From Felis catus (lineage: Eukaryota), in assembly GCF_018350175.1 (NCBI RefSeq), contig NC_058368.1, forward strand, positions 73,534,001-73,598,000: 64,000 nt of DNA, given 5' to 3'. The translations under genes and the position numbers were made by a program. Below, piece by piece: positions 1 to 64,000 of this stretch (positions are counted from its first letter, which is position 1; the number at the start of each line of letters is the position of its first letter). The notes under the pieces are model-generated. The model saw nothing but the letters and a program-made list of their open reading frames with translations. It had not been told where the DNA came from and searched no databases.

Positions 1-390
1 GTTCAGACAGGGAAAGACAAATACTGTATGATTTTACTTTAACGTGGAATCTAAAACCTGAAACTAACGAGTAAACAAGCAAACAGAAAGCAGAATCAGA
101 CCTACAAATACAGAGAACAGAGTGATGGTTGCCAGAGGAGAGAGGGGTGGAGGACAGGCACAATGGGTAAAGGGGTGTGAGAGATACAGGCTTCCAGTTA
201 GAGAGTGAATGCCTCATGGGAATAAGAGGCACAGCGTAGGGGATACAGTCAAGGTTCTCTAATAGTGTGGTGTGGTGACAGATGGTAGTGACTCTTATGG
301 TGAGTGTAGCATATAGAGTTGTTGAATCACTATATTGTACACTTGAAACGAATGTAACATTGTGTGTCAGTCAGCTCGCCTCAGAAAAGA
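1..390 (+). mobile_element. LINE-1 3' UTR fragment (carnivore L1-like)
   Basis: gaaagacaaatactgtatg..tggttgccagagg..tattgtacacttgaaac..taacattgtgtgtca, typical of an L1 3' end. Confidence 0.75.
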
Positions 391-621
391 CATGATTCAT
401 CTTCCTTTTGATAAAAACTTGATAGCTGAAGAAAAAGATAAAGTGGGTCTCTTAAAGATAAGTATATTCCATGAATTATTTGTTTCAGATTATTGTTTTT
501 TTTAGTTCCAGAATTTACATTTTTAAAGTAGTTTTTGTTTCCTATCTTGGGTTTCCTATCTTCTCATTCCTTACTGGAAGATTTTATCTATCTCATAAAG
601 CATAGATATAATATCCACTTT

Positions 622-895
622 CTTTTTTCCTTTCCTTTTCTTTTCTTCCTTCCTTCTTTCCTTTCTTTCATCCTTCTTTTCTTTCTCTTCTTTTTTCTTT
701 TTTGAGAGAGAGAGGGTGCAAATGAGCAAAGGGCAGAGAGAGAGAGAGAATCCCATGGGGGGCAGAGAGGGAGAGAGAGTGAGGGAGAGAGAGAGAAGTG
801 GGGCTCACCCATAGCAGGGCTCACACTCACCAACCATGACATCAAGACCTGAGCCAAAGTCTGATGCTTGACTGATAGACCCACCCAGGTGCCCC
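622..895 (-). mobile_element. CAN-SINE (SINEC) with purine-rich expanded tail
   Basis: tRNA-derived head and (CT)n tract; TSD TAATATCCACTTT at 609-621 and 898-910. Confidence 0.9.
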
Positions 896-926
896 TGTAA
901 TATCCACTTTAAAATCCTTATCTGCT

Positions 927-1063
927 GGGGTGTCTGGGTGGCTCAGTCGGTTAAGATCTCAGCTTGACATCTCAGCTCGGGTCTTGACCTCAGGGTTGTG
1001 AGTTCAAGCCCCATGTTGGGCTCTGTGCTGGGTGTGAAACCTACTTAAAATAAGATAAGATAG
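927..1063 (+). mobile_element. Short CAN-SINE
   Basis: GGGGTGTCTGGGTGGCTCAGTCGGTTAAG head; TSD AATCCTTATCTGC at 913-925 and 1064-1076. Confidence 0.88.
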
Positions 1064-2629
1064 AATCCTTATCTGCCAGTTTTAAAATTTGGGTCATCTT
1101 CGAGTTGGTCTAATCTTTTTTTCTTGAGAAGGTGTCACATTTTCTAGTTTCCTCACATATTCAATAATTTTGGATTGTATGCTGGGTATTGGAAATGTGT
1201 TGATTTTGCATTCTTGTATATTCCTCCAAAGAGTGCTTTATTTCAAGTTTGTTCATTTGTTTGTTTTTAATTTTAGCACCAATAGATTTGGTTTGACTAA
1301 AACCACAAATTCTGTCCCTTAAGGACATTTGAAATCTCTGTCCAATATTTTTTGGCCTTAGCTGTGCTCTTTGGGGTCTGCTCTGTGCACGCATGGTTCA
1401 AGAGTCAGCCTAAGATTGGGGCCAAATTTATGCACAGAATTTGAGTCTCCCCTTTTCTGGCTCTTTTATTTCTGGGGTACCCACCCACCTCACTTTCCAG
1501 TGACAGTGATTGCCCCAAACTCTGTCCCCTTGTTCCTCAAGTCAAAAAGATGGCCGATACTCTACTTTTTGCTATGCTCAGACCTTTCTCTAAAAGGCAG
1601 CGTGGTGAATAGAGGTAGCTGTGTGTGTATGTGTGTTCCTTTTGGTGTCAGAGCTGTATGGTGTGTTGTGGGCCAGGTGGGGAACAGAAGAAGGAATATG
1701 GTGGTGACAGACAGCAGTGGGCAGAGGTTCTTGGGGTTGATGAGATGGGGAGACAGTGTTCAGGCGTGGGTATGTTACGTTCTCCTCTCAAACTTAGCTC
1801 CCACTTTGCCAGAGCTTTCCTCTCTCCCGAGCTGAATGGAATTTTGCCTGTGTGGCAACAGTTGGATTTACCAAGGATGCTTATTTGGAACACACACTTC
1901 TTTAGCCCAGGGGGCTCCGGGGCGTAAAGTTGAAGGGGACAGAGGGCAGGCTTAGGTAGCCTCAGAGGAAAGCGTGTGGGGCCAGACCACCCCAGGGGGT
2001 GCTGAGGGCACTGATCAGCACGCTTCATTAGCCTCTAAGGTTTTAAGTGGCTGGGAAAACTGCACAGGGCATTAAGGCATTATGGGGCAGTGAAGACAAG
2101 ACATCTGAGAAAGGCTGGACAGTAGTTTTTCCATCTTGTCAGTCTCTAAGATGTATTTTATTAGGGGAAGAAACTTGTCCGAATGGGACTTAGCTCATAT
2201 TTGCCACTGGTTGTTCAGCTCTGTGGAAATTTTGTGTTCTCTGTGAAGACTTCGAATAGCTAGAGGCAGTGGGGAAAAACTGGTGTCTGGATATTACAGT
2301 GTTTGTCATTATGACATCTTACAAAAATCAGAAAAATCCCCTGTGTCACCGTAGTTTCTGAGTTCCAGCTGGTTTGGGTTTTATTGAAAGGCGAATGAAA
2401 TAAACCCCTTCCTGTGTTTGTTTTCTAGACATATCTCTCTATGATCTATGTCTTATCATTGTGAATAACTCATAAAAATAAAATATTAGCTCTTTTATAA
2501 TTTCATATCAAGTTTGATCACTTCATCGAAAATGTAGTATGTGTGAAATTTATTCAAGTATTTGAGCATAGCTGTCTGAAATGTTAATGGTATTTTACTG
2601 ACATGAAACTTGGATGTTATTTATTAATA

Positions 2630-2830
2630 TATTTTTTAAAGTTTTAATTTAAATTCCAGTCAGTTAACAGAAAGTGTAATACTCGTTTCAGGCATACAAT
2701 GTAGGGATTCAACATTCCATACCTCACCTGGTGCTCATCTCGACAAGTGCATCCTTAATCCCCATCACCTATTTCCCCCACAGCCACCCACCTCCCTTCT
2801 GGTAACCATCATTTCTCTATAGTTAAGATT
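2630..2830 (-). mobile_element. LINE-1 3' end fragment (carnivore)
   Basis: aattccagtcagttaaca..cccctcccttctggtaaccatc pattern. Confidence 0.65.
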
Positions 2831-3031
2831 TTAATTAAATAGGTGGTTTTTTTGTTTTTTTGTTTTTGTTTTTTACCTGAGTAATCCATTAGCATCGTTC
2901 AGAAACAAAAAGTGTAAAAATTAAACAGTGCAGTGTCTCATTCTCAGTTTTGTCTTCTTTTTGTCTAGCTTCCAATTCTCCTCCCCCTTAGGTGACCCTG
3001 CTATTTGCTTTACATGTCTTTTGGAGAGAGT

Positions 3032-3033
<2 letters not shown>

Positions 3034-3088
<55 letters not shown>

Positions 3089-3130
3089 GCATGTGCTCAC
3101 ATATGCACATGCGTGCGTGTGTGTGCGTGC
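3034..3130. repeat. (GT)n microsatellite with degenerate GC/GT flank
   Basis: Perfect GT run at about 3034-3082. Confidence 0.95.
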
Positions 3131-3649
3131 ACACTTCATTACGTACACAGACACAGAAAGAAGACTTTGTTTTCCGTTCTAGTTCCTGGTGCTGAAGTCA
3201 CGTTTTCATAATGTACACATGAGCATCATTCTTAATCCATTTTGTGGTCTCTGTAAGGCCTGCAGGTATTTTTAAATATCGCATCATTGCATTATTGGAT
3301 CTATTGCTTTTACTTTCTTAACAGAGTTACATTAATGTGGTTTTATTGTTTTGTAGAAAGGGATTTATTTTCTGGAAAGTGGTCTAGTTAAATATTTTAC
3401 CATTGGTAATTTGATTTTCTAAACCAAAGATTTTGCGATTGATTCTTTTCCTAGAGAAGTGACTAGATCAGGAGTTGGAAGTGTAAGAATCTGATAGGAA
3501 CTACACTCATGATTGCTTAAACTTGTTTTTATTTATTCTCTCTCTTTAAGCCAGGGGAGTATTCTTGAAGATACATGTCTTTCTTCAACATGTTTGCAAT
3601 ATCATTTTGAGAACTAGTGGCGGTTACTTTTTAATTTTGTTACATAATT

Positions 3650-3860
3650 TTTTAAATGTTTATTTATTTTTGAGAGAGAGAGTCAGAGCTCGAGTTGGGG
3701 AGGGGCACAGAGAGAGACACACACAGGATCTGAAGCAGGCTCCAGGCTCTGAGCTGTCAGCACAGAACCCGATGTGACGTGGGGCTCAAACTCGTGAACC
3801 TCAAGATCATGATCTGAGATGAAGTTGGTTGCTTAACCAACTGTGTCACCCAGGGGTCCC
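3650..3860 (-). mobile_element. CAN-SINE (SINEC_Fc-like), about 80 bp upstream of a BIVM exon
   Basis: gcaggctccaggctctgagctgtcagcacaga body; TSD TTACATAATT. Confidence 0.9.
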
Positions 3861-3938
3861 TTTTACATAATTAATTATACTCCCATAATGGCTTATTTCA
3901 TCCTGAGCATTTTGCTTACTTTGTATTCTTGTGTCTAG

Positions 3939-31605
<27,667 letters not shown>

Positions 31606-32980
31606 CCATGTTGGGTATTGAACAACTTGTGTTATACACACGACTGCTCTATACAAGACTGCATTAAGACAGTAGAAGGTTTTATTAAGTCTACACTAAA
31701 TAGGAACAGAGCTTGTGGTACAAAATATAACCTTGTAGTTCTCCAGTAAATAAGCTTGTATATGATTATGATGGGTGATTTCAGATATAGAAGCAGGTAA
31801 GCACAGATTATTGTCCTTTTAAAGAGTATATAAACATTATGGACAATTTCACAAAATCCAATAAAATTACATATAAACAAATCAAACACAAATTCACTTA
31901 ATAGCATCATGATTTGAAATACTTAAGCATGAAGTGGTTTCTTATAACTCGATCGCCATACATTTGTTGCAGATAGTTTTATTCCTAAACTCAAGATAAA
32001 AGGTACCATCTGCCCTTTTAAAGAAAATTGGGGCTGTTGATTTCTAGCTTTCTCTCATGGTTAAAGCTCATTTAAAATTATTTAGCGAGTCTAGAATTCT
32101 TTTACTTGCAAGCAGCATCTTGCCTGCCTCATTTGTTTCCTGACTAACTTTTTCAGGATCCTCAATAAAGAGGCAAAGCAAAGACTCAAGAAACTGATCT
32201 TTTCTATTGGTGCATTGATTCGGGATATTCTTGGCTTTCTTGACTTGGTATGTTACCATCCAACATTGACAAGATCTTCAGGCCTTGAAAGACTTCTGTC
32301 TACGGTGAACCTTGTTTTGGGATAGAATAAAAGAAAAGTGGAATTCAAAGTTTCTATATCCAAGGTAATCTGTGAAATGAGATCTTCCAATATTTGACTG
32401 GTCCCTGAGTGTGGAGTCCTATGTTGTTAACAGCATTAAAGATGCATTAGGAATGCCATTGCCACTCAGAGGACAAATATCCATATTCCCAACTCTGAGC
32501 TGCTTCCTTTTTTAAGTCATACAATTAGCTGTTTGTAGTGAGTGTTAAATAGTTCAGAAAGAGTGGATTTCATGTATTTCAGCTCCTCTCTAGTTGATGT
32601 CAATTTTTCTTCTGCTGTCAGCCTGTGACATGTTCTTTCATTTCAGGGGCTGTTCATGACTCAAATCAGTAACTTGATTCTTACAAGGTGCTGAATATGT
32701 TGGTAACCATATTGCAATACACCTCAAGGAGAGGGTTCAGATTTTTATTTTTAAAATATTTTCATTTTCTTCTCTTTTGAATTTTATATCCATTTATCCA
32801 CTCAGACATGCCTAGCCTACAGACAGGGATATATATTGTGAAATGGTCATTTTTCTGAAGAGAATATTTTGCGTGAAATGCAAAGGACTGAGAGATTTGT
32901 AGGTTGTTGATTTTGTTACTTCACACTGGAACTTTTAAGAAGTTTTCATCAAATAAAGTTTTGTTTTCTACTTTTAATAA
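31606..32980 (+). other. BIVM: BIVM 3' UTR (approximate end)
   Basis: AT-rich stretch after the stop with no recognisable repeats; AATAAA hexamers at 31860, 32164, 32326 and 32952. Confidence 0.65.
32952..32957 (+). terminator. Probable distal polyadenylation signal of BIVM
   Basis: AATAAA followed by T/GT-rich sequence; the last such hexamer in the repeat-free UTR block. Confidence 0.55.
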
Positions 32981-33584
32981 TGTGAATATTGTGAACCTTT
33001 CTTTTACATAGGGAGTACCCTTGGAATTCGGTTTGAAGCCCGTGACAATTCTGCCTAAGTAGTATAAGAAACCATCTTATATCTGATTTTTATAATCAAT
33101 GAAACAATATACATTATGACTATAATTTTAGATTCCTGTAAGACTACATAATAGGAAGTAGAAAATTTAATTATATAAGCTTGGACCAAACAAAGTTGTC
33201 ATTTTTGTAGGTCAAACATGGTTGAATATCAGCAGTTTCATAGAGTTTAATGAAATATTTAAGAGATGAGGTAGATAGGAGGAACCAAGAGGAAAGGAGA
33301 CAAGTGCAACATGGAGAATACAGTGACACCTAGGAAAAGAGGATGAGTTTATACAGATTGCCTATTGGCCATAAATAATTTTAGAAAAGTCTTGATATAT
33401 AGGATTACTTAATAACTTGATATACAAGTTTGGTAGTTATTAAGAGCATAGTAAGGTTTACAGAGACTAATTTTCCAAAAACTATATGGAAGTTACTGTA
33501 CACTTCTCTTTCAAGATTAGTAACACTCCTGTCCTATTTGATTTATTGGTCATCTCTTCCTAGGAGTCTCCATAGAAGCACTGA

Positions 33585-33775
33585 AGGCTCAAATACTGGC
33601 TTTATACTTGCTAGCTGTATCACGTAGGGGAAGTTAAGATGAATATTTCTGTGTTTATTTCCTCATTGGTAATATGGGGATAATATCATCTATTTTACAA
33701 ATTGTTTTGAAGAATAAATAAGTTAATGCACGTACAGTGTTTAGAACAGTGATTTGTAGATAGTCCTTGCTATCA
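33585..33775 (+). mobile_element. MIR (intergenic)
   Basis: tgtttatttcctcattggtaatatggggataata..gtgtttagaacagtg. Confidence 0.65.
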
Positions 33776-34224
33776 TTTCTCCAAAAGATGTGTATTTTAC
33801 TGCTCAGAATGTTGATAGTGAGCCCTTTAAGCAGCATCTAAAGGAACCAATTCACTGTAAGTCAAATATACACCCCTTAGTTCCTGTTCCTTCAAAAGAA
33901 TATTTTGTACTCAAGAAATGTTGCTCTGGTTTTAAAAGCACTTCTAATACTCAAATGCCTTCATTGGGTATTTGTTTTTACTCAGCTCTTAGGCATAAAA
34001 AATGTTCATTTAGATCAAATCCTGAAACTGTTCCTTTCCCTACTACTGTGTCCCATCTTTAGGCCAAGCTGGTGCAGCAGCAAAAACACTTCCAAATTTT
34101 CCTTTTCCCAGACACCTAACAGAGCTCAGGCAAGTTGCTCTGTGAGCCATCACAGTTTGTACATTAGTTTTACCCGTAGCATATTTTCCTTCAATCATTA
34201 ATTTAACACACTAATTTTATTTTC

Positions 34225-34423
34225 AATTCTTTTTTTAAGTTTGTTTTGAGAGAGAGCGCGCGTGCACATGCATGAGTGGGGGAGGAGTGGTGAGAGAGAG
34301 GGAGAGAGATCCCCAGCAGGCTCCACGTGGGTCCCGGGCTGGGTCCATTTCAGGAACTATGAGATCATGACCTGAGCCAGGATCAAGTTGGACACTTAAC
34401 CGACTGAGCTACCCAGGCCGCCC
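34225..34423 (-). mobile_element. CAN-SINE (intergenic)
   Basis: TSD aacacactaatttt / aacaaactaattt. Confidence 0.85.
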
Positions 34424-34559
34424 TCAACAAACTAATTTGAGCACTATGACCCCTTAGGTGTTTCATATTAAATCACTGACCTCAGAACAACCCCAGGGAG
34501 GTGGCATCTCCACTTTATTCAGACTCTCATTGGTGAAGAAACTCACTTAGGATCATATG

Positions 34560-34948
34560 GTGTCTTCTACCATACAGACTGGGTGGCTTAAATAACACAT
34601 TTATTTTCTCACAGTTCTGGAGGCTGGAAGTCCAAGATCAAGGTGTTGACAGGTTTGGTTTTTCCCGAGCCTTTCTCTTTGGCTTGCAGATGGCCACCTT
34701 CTAGCTGTGTCCTCACATGGTCCTCCCCACTGTGCACATCCCTGGCGTCTCTCTGTGTGCCCCAAATTTCCTCTGATAAGGACGCCAGTCAGATTGGATT
34801 AGGTTTACCCTCACAACCTCATTTTAACTTTTAACTTTAACCTTTAAAAGGCCCCATCTCCAAATAGAGTCACATTCTGAGGTGCTGGCTGGGGTTTAGG
34901 GCTTTAACATCCAAATTTTAGAGGTGCACACAACTCAGCCCACAAACA
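34560..34948 (-). mobile_element. MaLR solo LTR (MLT1-type) upstream of the ERCC5 promoter
   Basis: ctcacagttctggaggctggaagtccaagatcaaggtg..atctccaaatagagtcacattctgagg. Confidence 0.85.
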
Positions 34949-36016
34949 CAGGGCTCTTGTGTGGCTCACTCAGGATTTGGACCAAAGGCTGCCAGGCTTG
35001 CGGGGAAATTCTCTTTCAGGGGGTGCAAGATGTACTGGAGAGCTTTAGATTAGAGGCCGACAGAGGTCATTTAGGGGGGTATTTATGGAATCCCTAAGTG
35101 TTGGGAGTGGGGCTCTAACAGTCAACAAGATAATTCTTGGTTTCAATAAGTTTATAATCTACGTTGCAGGTGGGGAGAGGGGGGAACAAAAATAGAATAG
35201 GCAATTACATTAACCTCTGTAAAATACAAGTAGGAACAATTTGTGGGGATTATTCCACACATGGAGGAAATGCAAAAAACAAAAAAAAAACCCAACACTT
35301 TGGGAAGTGGTTTTGCTAAAAACCAATTTTTGATAGTTTTGTCCTAAAGTTGGTATTAAGAGTTTGCAGAAGTGGCGGCCGGTGTGGGGGGGGGGCGGGG
35401 AATGGTGCGGAAAAACCACATGGAAATCAATGACCTCAGCGCACAGTTTCAACATCTGGCTGCGACAGAACGCCAGCGTGGAGCAAGCTCGGGAATGACA
35501 GGACACAAACACGGAGGCTGCACCGCCCCCTCGCTTCCGGAAGGAAAAGGCGCAGCGACTATACGTAGAGCTGTGAGGCGGCACTTCCGCCCTGAGCAGC
35601 TGTTAAATGGAAGCGGAGACCCGTCCGCCTAACCCATTTTGTGTGGGTTTAAGCGTTAACTCTACGGGACAGTAGGTTTTGGGGACCCCCTGGCTGTTTC
35701 GTCTGCGTAGTCCCCTCAGTGCTCTTCCGCTAAGAGGGCACACATTTGGGCCAAATCTTAGGAGAGAGGAGGACTGGCGCCTCGCTGACGCCGGCCATTC
35801 TCTGGGCTCCCGCCTTTCTTCCGTGAGGCAGTGTCAGCCGCCAGGAAGTGCCGTTTTCGCCGGTGCCGGTTTTCCCTGGAAACCCTGTATTATTTTCCAT
35901 CTTCCCTGGGTGGGAGCAGGGGGAGCTCCGCCCGAGCCCCTGCGGTGGTGCAGGCTGTGGTAGGATCGGAATAGAAGGTCTCCCGCGACCCCGCCGCCGA
36001 GTGTCGCTGGAGCCTC

Positions 36017-63987
<27,971 letters not shown>

Positions 63988-64000
63988 ATATCCTTTTACT

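Noticed and set aside
1371..2028. 100-154 aa ORFs in a GC-richer patch
   Set aside because: No recognisable homology or coherent splice signals; probably degraded ancient repeat sequence.

Overview
Mammalian DNA, felid (cat family) as judged from abundant CAN-SINE/SINEC_Fc elements. The window holds two tandem + strand genes. The first is the 3' part of BIVM: 8 coding exons at 3939-31605, with the 3' UTR running to about 32980. The second starts after a gap of about 2.5 kb with a CpG-island promoter and covers coding exons 1-13 of ERCC5/XPG (36017-63987; the gene continues past the window). All exon junctions were read by hand and join in frame. The rest is ordinary intronic repeat content (about 38 SINEs, L1, L2/MIR, MaLR and ERV1 LTRs, Tigger and hAT DNA transposons, microsatellites). 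Most ORFs in the supplied track are repeat-derived noise. Most notable points: (1) ERCC5 has two minor-spliceosome (U12) introns, one with an AT donor, plus a GC-AG intron. (2) A U12-like donor inside the last BIVM coding exon is in phase with the U12 acceptor of ERCC5 exon 2. This predicts a BIVM-ERCC5 read-through fusion whose junction converts catalytic XPG Asp30 to Asn. (3) BIVM shows a Gln/Cys...His...Glu pattern suggestive of a papain-like (C39/phytochelatin synthase-like) enzyme. Gene and repeat-family names and comparisons with human come from recall, not database searches. Repeat boundaries are approximate unless a target-site duplication (TSD) is given.
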